Positions 39,901-48,473 of a stretch of DNA of 55,494 nt are shown one piece after another. How positions within the stretch are numbered: the first letter of the stretch is position 1; every line of letters begins with the position of its first letter. Source of the DNA: Candidatus Brennerbacteria bacterium. GTDB taxonomy: Bacteria; Patescibacteriota; Minisyncoccia; UBA6257; GWB1-50-10. The position numbers were made by a program, and so were the translations under genes. Where the stretch lies: NCBI GenBank assembly GCA_043799565.1, contig JAZDNP010000005.1:1-55494 (forward strand), given 5' to 3'. Under the pieces are notes generated by a model. The model was not told the DNA's origin, ran no database searches, and was given only the letters and a program-made list of their open reading frames with translations.

Positions 39901-40418
39901 GAAGCCACGGACACCACGAGGTCAGTCCCCGTAGGAACGGAGACGACCGGAGGGGTCGTGCCGCCCGTAACGCCGCCTGCGGCGCTTACGCGCGCGCGGG
40001 TGACAGGACCGAAGTACCCTGCCGCGGGGGAGATTCCCACCGCCGCCTGGTACCGTGCGAGGGCTGCACGAGTCGCGGGCCCGAAGGTCTGCGTCTCGCT
40101 GCCGACCGAGCCGGCGCCGCTCGCTGAAACTGTGTACCCTTTCGCGTTCAGCCACTGTTGGAGAGCTTTCACGTCAGCGCCAGTTGAACCCACTGTGAGG
40201 GAGCGGGTAAAGCTGTACGAAGACGCGGCTGGAGTTCCACCGGACTGCGCCGCGAGTTGGGCTTGCAATGTCTGAATCTGCGCCAAGAGGACCGCAATCT
40301 GGGCCGCGAGATCCGCCGTCGACTGTGCCGACGCAGGGATCGCCGCAGCGCCAAAAAGATAAACCGCCGTTGAGACGGAAAGCCCTATGGACGCAATTTT
40401 CTTGAATGATTTACTCAT
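36981..40418 (-). CDS. Large secreted S-layer-like protein with N-terminal peptidoglycan-binding domain
   Basis: Signal peptide (ASA-Q), a Gln/Ala coiled segment, PG_binding_1-like LTVGSTGADVKALQQWLN and GYFGPVTRA, then Ser/Thr/Gly-rich beta-type domains. 1145 aa. Confidence 0.8.
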   Translation of the reverse strand: MSKSFKKIASIGLSVSTAVYLFGAAAIPASAQSTADLAAQIAVLLAQIQTLQAQLAAQSGGTPAASSYSFTRSLTVGSTGADVKALQQWLNAKGYTVSASGAGSVGSETQTFGPATRAALARYQAAVGISPAAGYFGPVTRARVSAAGGVTGGTTPPVVSVPTGTDLVVSVASDSPISRTIGSGTAFNAASKFALTAGSKSVSVSSVTFQKGGFLANTNLNGIDAVDSKGVRHGQVVTSVNADNTITIVMTADPIVVPAGSTEYITVRFNLLSGNYTGTVSFGINAVSAIAANTSAISGAFPLAGAAMNIVNGGTSLASTTLDVLTSTGSSTLNVDANSSQEITKFRIQETGSQEGAYLHRLTLYNYGNANEADFRDVTLLDQADVVLATAQPSGQYVTFNLASPYFIDKGLTKDFTVKAKLVGGTTKTIRFVVFNNYDIDLRGATTGVSVIPGAGTNDATFPLGNAYNQTTIGSGTITLTRASDSPSSAIVPGASSVVLAKFNAKPNGENYELRQVSFGITNLGIPLTGTVYVKVNGQIVYSAGASGASSTSAVTFSLSAYPILTAGVDNSIVIEVSAIPSNATAASSYTVLDFNLEQVKRVVSNDILSSGDTGLTTGDTDALTISVQAATLVVTTLATPVAGKVVAGTVGYEYATFQLNAQTGGEDVKVSRIIVSHSGGTASEVANLLMYKDSSTSPIATTASTAANGTTVTFNFSQPIVVARGTPVVLHLKADAVSGTGAHTFSIASSTTPVSATGALTGNSLAHGSNITFAGGGQVQTHAAVGELNISLDGASPSSNQVVAANTNGITVLAFKLTSLYEAQKVTSLKLTATSSGSLDSTQLAIATTTLKNIRVYEGNASTPFASAPQFDGCFMTPAASSSYCTVTFTASDNLLSAPVPSTGVTIYVKADVASLSEGVRLGNSFKFNIASSTSDISIKGAVTGLTTGIKTGAPTAGGLTYVVPQKVTIEAVSPTAATTLGTGSGQIVGIFKVTNNGSASIRLASTTAFKFTEGGSSTSTFKLYASGQNGSSGDTTYDLTPGYSSGTSTQGGVVNFNVSTSTDANRTIDGGYFRYLTIKNGEATTGGSTYRFSVSTIGNLTFNVDEAQFGVTTNDDTDLSDTVSGLYLDGLPALGTVTISSSL

Positions 40419-40764
40419 TTAGTTAGTTAATCGACCAAACATTAATGTGCTATTTCGACCTTTTCGAGTTTCTGGAAGCTTCCCCCGCCCTGTTTCGACG
40501 TGTAGCCAACCTAGTGAGGATCGGGGGCACGAAGGACGGGAAAAGGACAATATTGGATGAAAAAACAGAAAACCTCGCATTTCGGTGCGAGGCATACGAT
40601 AGAATCACGAAAGAAAGCCCGCCTTGTATAAGGCGAGACCGCGAAACGGTCATTTCGTCCGTCCTGCGGTACTTTCTTCCGTATCCCATCAACTCTCAGC
40701 CTCACACTGAAAGCTTCGGATACTGTCTACTGACTAAGGTACAGGAAACGCAAGGAAAACTCAA
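40419..40764 (-). promoter_or_regulatory. Putative promoter and long structured 5' leader of the S-layer-like gene
   Basis: TTGAGT (40764-59), 17 bp, TACCTT (40741-36). Several stems follow, including a terminator-like hairpin at 40573-40592 with a U-rich tail. Confidence 0.45.
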
Positions 40765-40854
40765 GTTTTCACGCGTTCATCAGTTAAAACGATATTCACA
40801 GCGGAAAAGTTACCGGAGTGCCGAAAAGGTCGGCACAGTTATCCACACCCCCCC

Positions 40855-41592
40855 CTAAACCGTCCAGGGCGCAGAGGCAAAAATGAGCACGGAGAGCGCG
40901 AAAAACACCGCAAGCCCATGGAACATGAGATTCCTCCTAAGACCACCTTGGTAGGCCTCCCCGAGGCCTTCGCGGGCGATAAGGAGCACGAGGGCGGTAA
41001 ACGCTCCCGCCCGGACCGGCCCCAACGGCAAGAGCCCTACAAACGTCGCTATTTCCGCGCCGAAAAATCCCACCGCAGCACCGATAAGTTTCCCCTCTCC
41101 CACGCGGAGCGCCGCCCACGAAAGTGCCTCATCTCGCGTGAGGAGCGCCACCACCACCGCGAACACAAAGAACGAAAAGGGCGTGGGGTATGCGAAGAAA
41201 AGCGTGGAAGCAATAAAGGTAAGTGCTACTCCGAACACGCGCTGGAAAGTGCGGCGCGGGTCACGACTTGACGTTGAAGACATGAAAAGCAACACCGAGA
41301 GCGCCCCTGCTACGCACGCACCCGCAAGTGTCGGGAGAGACGCGAGTTCCTCGGTAAAAAGCGCGCCGAGGGCAAGCGCGAGCGCAAGGAGCGAGTACTT
41401 TACCCTGCGCCACTCGGAGAACTGGAACGCGAGTACATACAGTACAATGGCAAGAAAAAGAAAGGAGCCGAAACCAAAACCTCCCGCAGAAAGCCAATAT
41501 GCGAGAAGCGCAAAAATCGCTGCACTAGCTATTGATCGCCACGCGGTTGGACTTGGTAAGCGAAACAATAATTTTTTTTCCATGTTGAACAT
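40855..41592 (-). CDS. Hypothetical multi-pass membrane protein
   Basis: Highly hydrophobic 245-aa ORF that overlaps the clpB 3' end. Start is uncertain. Confidence 0.7.
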   Translation of the reverse strand: MFNMEKKLLFRLPSPTAWRSIASAAIFALLAYWLSAGGFGFGSFLFLAIVLYVLAFQFSEWRRVKYSLLALALALGALFTEELASLPTLAGACVAGALSVLLFMSSTSSRDPRRTFQRVFGVALTFIASTLFFAYPTPFSFFVFAVVVALLTRDEALSWAALRVGEGKLIGAAVGFFGAEIATFVGLLPLGPVRAGAFTALVLLIAREGLGEAYQGGLRRNLMFHGLAVFFALSVLIFASAPWTV

Positions 41593-44191
41593 TGCCTTTC
41601 ACCATACTGTCCGCAAGTGCGTCCACGATAGTTTTCTCAATGAGACGTTTCACGGGACGCGCGCCGTAGTCAGGGTCAAATCCGTGCGTGACGAGATAAC
41701 GGCGCACCTCCGGTTTCACAGAAAGCGCGAGTCCTTTGTGTTTGAGTCGGTCCGCAAGCCGCGCAAGTTGGATATCCACGATGTGCTCCACTTCCTTCGG
41801 GGCAAGCGCGTTGAAGATGATGACCTCGTCCAAACGGTTTAAAAATTCCGGCTTGAACGTATCTTTGAGAGCCTCCCATACCTTATCACGAAACTGATCT
41901 TCTTTGATGTGAAGCTCCTCTTCGTTCGCCGCCGCAAAGCCGACTCCAGACATTTCGCGGAAGTATTCGCTCCCCACATTTGAGGTAAGGATGATGATGG
42001 CGTTCTTGAAATTCACATGCTTCCCCTTCCCGTCCGTGAGGCGCCCGTTGTCCAACATTTGGAGAAGGATATTGAAAACCTCTGGATGCGCCTTTTCTAT
42101 CTCATCAAAAAGGATGAGTGAGTAGGGGCGATGCCGCACGAGCTCGGTCAACTGTCCCCCCTCTTCGTACCCCACATAGCCCGGCGGGCTTCCGATAAGA
42201 CGAGAAACCGAATGGCGCTCCATATACTCAGACATATCAATGCGGATAAGGGCTTTTTCGTCGTTGAACATGAATTCCGCGAGCGTTCGCGCAAGTTCCG
42301 TTTTCCCCACACCTGTGGGCCCGAGGAACATAAATGACCCTGCGGGACGGTCTTCGTCCGCGAGTCCCGCACGCGAGCGTCTTAAAGCCCGCGCAACCGC
42401 GGAGACCGCTTCGCTTTGGCCTACCACACGCCCCGCAAGTACTTCCTCAATGCGCGAAAGTTTTTTGAGCTCCGACTCCAACATCCTTGAGGTGGGGATG
42501 CCCGTCCAACGGGCCACCACGGTTGCGATATCTTCCTTTTCCACCGTTTCCCGTATGAAATGCAGCGCGTGTGTCCCATTCACGCCTGCCCGTCCGCGAG
42601 GCGGGGGGATCTTTGATGCGGACGCGTAACGCTTTTCAAACGCACGATATTGCTTCTCCGCCTCAGGAAGTTCGCCGTAACGAATCTGCGCCACACGTTC
42701 CAGCTCTCCTTCCCGTTCCGCACGCTCCGCGGCACGTTTCAGATCTTCTATTTTTTTCCGCGAGGCATGGAGATTTTCAAATACCAGTTTTTCCGTGTGC
42801 CAATCGGCGGAGAGCGCTTCGTGCCGTTCTTTGAACTTCGCGATTTCCTTTATAAGCGTTTTCTTCCGCGCCGATTTTATCTCTTCCTTTTCCAACGCCG
42901 CACGTTCTATTTCGAGCCGCGTAAGTTCTTTCCGCACCTTCGCGAGTTCCGCAGGCACGCTGTCGGATTCCAACCTCCGCGCCGCCGCGGCTTCGTCAAT
43001 AAGGTCCACCGCTTTGTCGGGAAGAAAACGGTCGGTGATGTAGCGCGCGGAAAGTTCCACCGCCGCCACAATCGCTTCGTCAGTAATGCGAAGCCCGTGA
43101 TGCGTTTCGTATTTCTCTTTCAAACCGCGAAGGATGGAGACGGAGTCCTCGGTGGTCGGCTCCTCCACTATGACGGGCTGGAACCTCCGCTCAAGCGCAG
43201 GGTCCTTCTCGATGTGACGCTGATATTCTTTCTGTGTCGTGGCTCCTATCGCATGCAATTCACCACGCGCAAGTGCGGGCTTCAAAAGATTTGCGGCATC
43301 AACCGCACCTTCCGCCGCCCCCGCTCCCACAATCATGTGAATTTCGTCTATGAAGAGGATTATGCGCCCCTGCGCATTCTGCAGCTCTTTCAAGAATGCC
43401 TTCAACCGGTCCTCAAACTCGCCGCGAAACTTGGTGCCGGCAATGAGCGAGCCGATGTCCATCATCACAATTTCTTTCTCTTTCAGCGATTCTGGGACGT
43501 TCCCAGACACGATCATCTGCGCCAAACCTTCAACAATGGCGGTCTTCCCTACCCCCGGCTCACCGATGAGAATCGGGTTATTTTTGGTACGGCGCGAGAG
43601 GATTTGCATGACGCGCTCAAGCTCATTCTCACGTCCGATGACCGGATCTAATTTTCCCTCCTTCGCTTTATCGGTGAGATTCACCGAATATTTATCCAAA
43701 ACCTGGAATTTTGACTCCGGCATCTCGTCTGTCACACGCACGGTACCGCGAAGTTCCGCGAGCGTACGAAAAAGCGTATCGCGCCGCGCACCCGCGCGCG
43801 TAAGAAGCTCGGAGGCGCCGCCCGGCACGTCCAAAAGCGCAAGCACCAGGTGCTCGCATGAAATAAAGTCGTCCTTCTGCCGCTTGGCCGCTTCCGCCGC
43901 ACGGTCCAACACCCTCATAAGTTCGGTGGAAAGATAAAGCTGGCCCACGGTGCCGTGCGCCGCAACGATCTTCGGAAGTGCCGCGAGTTTTGCCTCCAGC
44001 TCCGTTTCCAGCATATTCACGTCCACCTGTCCCCGTGAAAGGAGTGGGCGGGCGAGTGTGGATTCGTCCTCAAGAAGTGCAGAGAGAAGATGGAGTCCTT
44101 TCAGTTCCCCGTGGTTCAACTGCGCAACGAGTTCCTGCGCCGTTTGGAGTGCCTCCTGCGCTTTTATCGTGAAGCGATGGAAGTTCTGCAT
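41525..44191 (-). CDS. clpB: ATP-dependent chaperone ClpB
   Basis: Clp-N domain, two AAA+ modules ([16 protein letters not shown]), coiled-coil M domain and [13 protein letters not shown]. Confidence 0.95.
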   Translation of the reverse strand: MQNFHRFTIKAQEALQTAQELVAQLNHGELKGLHLLSALLEDESTLARPLLSRGQVDVNMLETELEAKLAALPKIVAAHGTVGQLYLSTELMRVLDRAAEAAKRQKDDFISCEHLVLALLDVPGGASELLTRAGARRDTLFRTLAELRGTVRVTDEMPESKFQVLDKYSVNLTDKAKEGKLDPVIGRENELERVMQILSRRTKNNPILIGEPGVGKTAIVEGLAQMIVSGNVPESLKEKEIVMMDIGSLIAGTKFRGEFEDRLKAFLKELQNAQGRIILFIDEIHMIVGAGAAEGAVDAANLLKPALARGELHAIGATTQKEYQRHIEKDPALERRFQPVIVEEPTTEDSVSILRGLKEKYETHHGLRITDEAIVAAVELSARYITDRFLPDKAVDLIDEAAAARRLESDSVPAELAKVRKELTRLEIERAALEKEEIKSARKKTLIKEIAKFKERHEALSADWHTEKLVFENLHASRKKIEDLKRAAERAEREGELERVAQIRYGELPEAEKQYRAFEKRYASASKIPPPRGRAGVNGTHALHFIRETVEKEDIATVVARWTGIPTSRMLESELKKLSRIEEVLAGRVVGQSEAVSAVARALRRSRAGLADEDRPAGSFMFLGPTGVGKTELARTLAEFMFNDEKALIRIDMSEYMERHSVSRLIGSPPGYVGYEEGGQLTELVRHRPYSLILFDEIEKAHPEVFNILLQMLDNGRLTDGKGKHVNFKNAIIILTSNVGSEYFREMSGVGFAAANEEELHIKEDQFRDKVWEALKDTFKPEFLNRLDEVIIFNALAPKEVEHIVDIQLARLADRLKHKGLALSVKPEVRRYLVTHGFDPDYGARPVKRLIEKTIVDALADSMVKGNVQHGKKIIVSLTKSNRVAINS

Positions 44192-44225
44192 AGGTATGAA
44201 CGTATCCTACACCTTTTTGGGGGCA

Positions 44226-44252
44226 TTAGCAACCGAACTAATCGGGTGCTAG
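44226..44252. promoter_or_regulatory. CIRCE (HrcA operator) upstream of clpB
   Basis: TTAGCAACC-N9-GGGTGCTAG against consensus TTAGCACTC-N9-GAGTGCTAA, 34 bp before the clpB ATG. Confidence 0.85.
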
Positions 44253-44258
44253 TTGTGG

Positions 44259-45629
44259 TTATTCCTTCGGGCGCTCGCCCAAGGTCACGGAAAGTGTGAG
44301 TGCGGTCTCACCCCTCTCTATCGCGAGTGTTACCGTATCCCCCGCGCCATACTTTTGTATCACTACACCGAGTGGATTTTCTTCATTCAACGCTTCGCCG
44401 TTCATGGAGACAATAATGTCGTCCGCAAGAATACCTGAAATCGCGGCGGGAGAGTCCGGAATAACGCCGGGTCCGTCTTTGACACCACGCACCAAAGCGC
44501 CTTCGCTCGTCATTTCGTAGCGAACACCGAGGTATGGCGCCATGATGGCTCCTGTCTTCTTCACCGACTCTATCGCCCGCTTTGCGCGGTTCACCGGAAT
44601 CGCGAATCCGATATTCTCCGCGCCCGATGCGACCGCCACGTTAATACCCACTACTTCTCCCTTAAGGTTCAAGAGCGGCCCTCCCGAATTTCCCGGGTTG
44701 ATCGCCGCATCTGTTTGGATAACACCTTGGATAACCTCGATGCCAAATCCTTCGCCAGACGCAGTGATATTTCTCGCGAGGCCGGAGATAACGCCTACCG
44801 ACACGGTGTTCTGAAATTCGCCGAGCGAATTTCCGATTGCGATCGCGGTCTGGCCGAGCTTTAACGAGTCAGAGTTTCCGAGGCGTGCAGGCGTGAGCCC
44901 ACTCTTTTCAATTTTGAGAACCGCGAGGTCTTGCAAGGGATCGCGCGCGATTACCTTCGCGTCATATTTTTTGCCATCGTTCGTGAACACCGTGTATGCC
45001 GCCTTCGTGTCCGCCACTACATGTTTATTCGTCACGATAAGCCCGTCTGCTGAAACGATGAACCCTGAACCCCCTCCTACCTCGCGTCGTTCGGTGCCCC
45101 GTTCACATTGGGTATAAAAACCGCCAAACCCGCCACCGAAAATGTCACGGAACTCGTAGGGAAGCTCACCGAACGGGTCGTAAGGACATTGCTCAACGAT
45201 AGGCACGTCCTTTGAAATGACGATGGAAACCACGCTAGGGCTCGCGGTTTCCACCGCGTTCGTAACCGCCTCTTCATAATCAATGACGGGTTTGTAGAGC
45301 GGAACGCTCGGCGCTGGCGGAAATGATAAGGACTCTGTGGATGTCGGCGATGGTGCAACCGGCTTCAGAATCCCAAAAAAGGTTTTTAAATCGTCAAAAA
45401 AGTTCGCGGATGCGGACAAAGGCGCCATGGCACCTCCCACAACGCCCCCGATAATTCCCGCGACCACAATAAGCGAAAGAATCCTCTTACCGGCGCGACC
45501 CGAGGGGTCGCGGATGAATTGTGCGCACGGCGGGCGCTCCTTACCGGCATAACCGCCATGGTGCCGCCCACAAAAAAATTCTCGGGCGCGCGTAAAAATC
45601 AATGGGCGGCCGGTTTTATCGAATCTCAT
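44259..45629 (-). CDS. htrA: HtrA/DegP serine protease with PDZ domain; the N-terminus carries an in-frame 129-bp insertion
   Basis: TNKHV, DLAVL and QTDAAINPGNSGGP catalytic motifs, with a C-terminal PDZ. Confidence 0.92.
   Translation of the reverse strand: MRFDKTGRPLIFTRAREFFCGRHHGGYAGKERPPCAQFIRDPSGRAGKRILSLIVVAGIIGGVVGGAMAPLSASANFFDDLKTFFGILKPVAPSPTSTESLSFPPAPSVPLYKPVIDYEEAVTNAVETASPSVVSIVISKDVPIVEQCPYDPFGELPYEFRDIFGGGFGGFYTQCERGTERREVGGGSGFIVSADGLIVTNKHVVADTKAAYTVFTNDGKKYDAKVIARDPLQDLAVLKIEKSGLTPARLGNSDSLKLGQTAIAIGNSLGEFQNTVSVGVISGLARNITASGEGFGIEVIQGVIQTDAAINPGNSGGPLLNLKGEVVGINVAVASGAENIGFAIPVNRAKRAIESVKKTGAIMAPYLGVRYEMTSEGALVRGVKDGPGVIPDSPAAISGILADDIIVSMNGEALNEENPLGVVIQKYGAGDTVTLAIERGETALTLSVTLGERPKE
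45490..45615 (-). mobile_element. Structured short element, copy A (126 bp, flanked by TAA direct repeats)
   Basis: Homologous to 54619-54791. Minus-strand ends AACCGGCCGCCC...GCGCCGG. TTA at 45487-89 and 45616-18. Confidence 0.6.
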
Positions 45630-46383
45630 ACCGAAGCGTGACCGTTACCCGCACATCCTGCGACCCTGGTTCAATGGATGGGACCGATTTTACCGCATCT
45701 CCCGCACCACCCATGCCATACGCACGCTCATACATTGGTACCGGATATGCCAATCCTCCCTCATCTATAGAGAGTAGGCGCCCAATAGTAAACCCCGCTT
45801 CGTCTGCAATAAGTTCCGCTTTTGCCTTCGCTTTTTCGATGGCTTCCGCGCGTGCTTCCGCTTGCACCTCGGTCTGGTCGTCAATGGTGAACGTGAGCGA
45901 CGATACGGAGTTCGCACCGTTCGTAACCACGCCGCCCAAAATCGCACCCGCTTTCGTGAAATCGCGTACCTTCACCGATACGGTTTGGCGCACGGTATAT
46001 CCCACGATGCGCGACGGCGGACATGCCCCCATTTCGCATCCGTAGTATTGGTATCGCGGTTCTACCGAGTACCCTTCCGTCTTCACGTCCTTCGCGTCCA
46101 CACCGTTCTCCTTCACGTATGCAATGACCTTGTTCGTGCTCTCCGTGTTCGCAGTTTGAAGCGCGCCGAGATCCAGCCCTCCTTCCGTAATGACGCTCGC
46201 AGTGAATGCCGCAACGTCCGGCACTGCCACCACTTTCGCATCTGCGGTCACCGAAAAGCTCCGGAATGACGATGGTTCAATGGACTGCGAATACGTCCGC
46301 ACGTACGACACCGCCGCATACGATACCGCAAGAATACCTACTATCACCGCTCCCCACACATAATTCTTAAATTTTTCTGTCAT
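45616..46383 (-). CDS. SIMPL (DUF541) domain protein
   Basis: N-terminal TM, V.A...V.AVPD.A, Y.V.P.Y, AR.EAIEKAKAKA and IEPGSQDV.V.V...Y. Confidence 0.9.
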   Translation of the reverse strand: MTEKFKNYVWGAVIVGILAVSYAAVSYVRTYSQSIEPSSFRSFSVTADAKVVAVPDVAAFTASVITEGGLDLGALQTANTESTNKVIAYVKENGVDAKDVKTEGYSVEPRYQYYGCEMGACPPSRIVGYTVRQTVSVKVRDFTKAGAILGGVVTNGANSVSSLTFTIDDQTEVQAEARAEAIEKAKAKAELIADEAGFTIGRLLSIDEGGLAYPVPMYERAYGMGGAGDAVKSVPSIEPGSQDVRVTVTLRYEIR

Positions 46384-46416
46384 AGATTTATTTTACTTTT
46401 TGACCTTTAGCATATA

Positions 46417-47639
46417 TTACATTTTTTTCTCAAAAAGGTAACGGCATACCCCCGCCACGCTTCGCGCGGCTCCCTTTGCTCCCGCACGCGTCACTCGGCG
46501 CCCGAAGCTGAAGCGGATGGTTCGCCGAATGCCTTCGTCCTTAACGCCTATCGCCCGGAGTACGTGAGACAGCATGAGTGCGCGAGCGCTGCATGCCGCA
46601 CCGGGGCTCGCCGCAATCCCCTTTCTATCAAACAGCACGAGTAGGTCTTCCGACGAGATTCTGGGTGGAAACAAAATATTTGCGATATGGGGCGCCCGAG
46701 CCGAACCTTTCGGGCCGTTCTCTTCCACGCCGGGGATTGCTTTCTTCAACGCTTCAACGAACGCATTCCGTACACTCCTTGCGTAGTCCGCATTCTTTTT
46801 CCGCTCGCGCTCGGCATACGCGGCCGCGGCCGCGAACCCCACGATTGCGGGGACATTCTCGGTGCCCGCGCGAATGCCAAATTCCTGGCCTCCGCCCGTA
46901 GTGAGCGGATGAAGCGTGCGTATTGCACCCGCAAGCGCTCCCGCACCCTTTGGTCCATAGATTTTCTGCGAAGAAAGCGTTACGAGGTCCACCCCGAGTG
47001 CGCGCATATCGCACGGGTAGTAGAGAAACGCTTGTGCGGCATCGGTATGAAAAACCGGGTACGGCGTATTGGCTCTCTGCGCTCTCACGGCTTTTGCAAT
47101 CTCGGCTATCGGCTGAACCGTTCCTATCTCGTTATTCACGTACATCACGGACACGAGTGCGGTGCGCTCATTAAGCTCTTTTTTGATTTTTTGACATCCA
47201 CCACTCCCCGCGTGTCTACGGGGATTATAATAAGGTCCGCCTCTCCCGCACGTTCCATATCACGTGCAGTTTCCAACACCGAATCGTGCTCTACCGCCGA
47301 AATAATGATACGGGGAATAAAGGTCCGAGCGTTTGCTCCTCGGGAATATCCCGCAGGAGGAAAACTATTCTGGTTTCCGAGAGCAAACGCTCGGACTACA
47401 CCCCGAAGTGCTAAATTATTCGCCTCCGTCGCCGAAGCGGTAAATACCACATCGCGAAATTCAACCCCGGTGAGCCGCGCGATCTCCGCGCGTGCGCGAT
47501 CAATCGCCGAAAGCGCCTTGGCACCGAAGGCATGGAGCGAGCCGGGATTCCCGAATTTCTCGCCGAAATACGGTCGCATCACGCGTAAGACGCGAGGGTC
47601 CACCGGCGTCGCCGCGGCATGGTCAAGATATAAGGACAT
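46417..47639 (-). pseudogene. iscS: Cysteine desulfurase (IscS/NifS), split by a frameshift at about 47178-47192
   Basis: 5' half has YLDHAAATP, GNPGSLH and FTASATEANNL. 3' half has VMYVNNEIG, HTDAAQ, SSQKIYGPKG, RAGTEN and GAAC. Adding one A in an A6 run joins the halves. Confidence 0.85.
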
Positions 47640-47643
47640 GCCG

Positions 47644-48132
47644 CTAGAGGTCGCGATGTTTCCCGTGCCGTTCTTCCGCAAGCGCACGTTTTAAATCTAT
47701 CTTGCCGAGAATCGCAAGAAGTACGGTGAGCGCGGTGGCCGCGATGGCCGCAAACCAAAGAAGCCCAAGGCCGGAGAGCACGCCTAATGCCGCTACAAAC
47801 CAAACGGTGGCCGCCGTGGTCACGCTCCGTACGTGGACTCCCTGTTTCACAATGATGCCGGCTCCCAAAAATCCGATTCCGACCACGACGTTCCCGATAA
47901 GTGAAAGGAAGCCGCTGTTCCGCGCAATGATTTCGTCCAAATGTTCCGGCGAGCTCGCAAGGAGGTACGGGAGCATAAGTGCCGCAACGGTGAAGAGCGC
48001 CGCACCCGCCGCAACGATGATATCGGTCCTGACTCCCGCTTCCTTCCCCGCCACTTCGCGCCCGAATCCCACAATGGCGCCGAGTACCACCGCAACCGCG
48101 AGACGGATGAGCATTTCTTCCAACGTAAGCAT
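47644..48132 (-). CDS. MgtC/SapB family membrane protein
   Basis: GFGRE..GKEAGVRT, VVVGIGFLGAGII and TTAATVW. Confidence 0.92.
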   Translation of the reverse strand: MLTLEEMLIRLAVAVVLGAIVGFGREVAGKEAGVRTDIIVAAGAALFTVAALMLPYLLASSPEHLDEIIARNSGFLSLIGNVVVGIGFLGAGIIVKQGVHVRSVTTAATVWFVAALGVLSGLGLLWFAAIAATALTVLLAILGKIDLKRALAEERHGKHRDL

Positions 48133-48151
48133 GAAAATATTATAAACGAAA

Positions 48152-48169
48152 ACGCCCCATAAGGGGCGT
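48152..48169 (-). terminator. Terminator-like hairpin
   Basis: ACGCCCC/GGGGCGT stem followed by TTTCGTTT on the minus strand. Confidence 0.65.
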
Positions 48170-48188
48170 CTCCGCGAGATACCGGGAG

Positions 48189-48443
48189 TTAAAGCTGGTC
48201 CAGCTCAGCGTTGATGTCTTGGAGTTCTGACTCAAGATTGCCGAGGTCAATGCTCTCAATCTGGGCGTCAATCGCCGACGTTGTGTCTTCCACGCCAATC
48301 TCGGGCGCGGGCGCCAGCGCCGCCGGTCCTTGCCAAAAGATAAAGATAGCCGCGAGTATCACGATAACCACGAGCACTGCCCACATGAGCCACGACTTCC
48401 TCTTCTTTTCCTCCGATATCATTACTGGATTTTGTCCGTCCAT
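48189..48443 (-). CDS. Small single-TM protein
   Basis: Basic patch, one TM helix and an acidic amphipathic C-terminus. Confidence 0.75.
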   Translation of the reverse strand: MDGQNPVMISEEKKRKSWLMWAVLVVIVILAAIFIFWQGPAALAPAPEIGVEDTTSAIDAQIESIDLGNLESELQDINAELDQL

Positions 48444-48473
48444 ATTTTTTAGTAGTTGGAAATTTGTCCGACC

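Noticed and set aside
40755-40785. Hammerhead-like CUGAUGA...GAAA on the minus strand
   Set aside because: Stem II is only 1-2 bp and stem I cannot pair.
40839-40847. Perfect DnaA box TTATCCACA
   Set aside because: Single box with no cluster, unwinding element or dnaA nearby, so it is not evidence for oriC.
40445-40858. ORFs in the S-layer upstream region
   Set aside because: No recognisable domains or clear start context. The region is better explained as non-coding structure.
42650-43651. Long antisense ORFs (also 19695-20618, 38047-38796, 46687-47694)
   Set aside because: They are shadow frames of well-supported genes on the opposite strand and have no recognisable motifs.
45529-45560. 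Element core resembles SRP RNA helix 8
   Set aside because: The CAGG/AGCA loop and GNRA tetraloop are not present, and the corresponding bases differ between the two copies.
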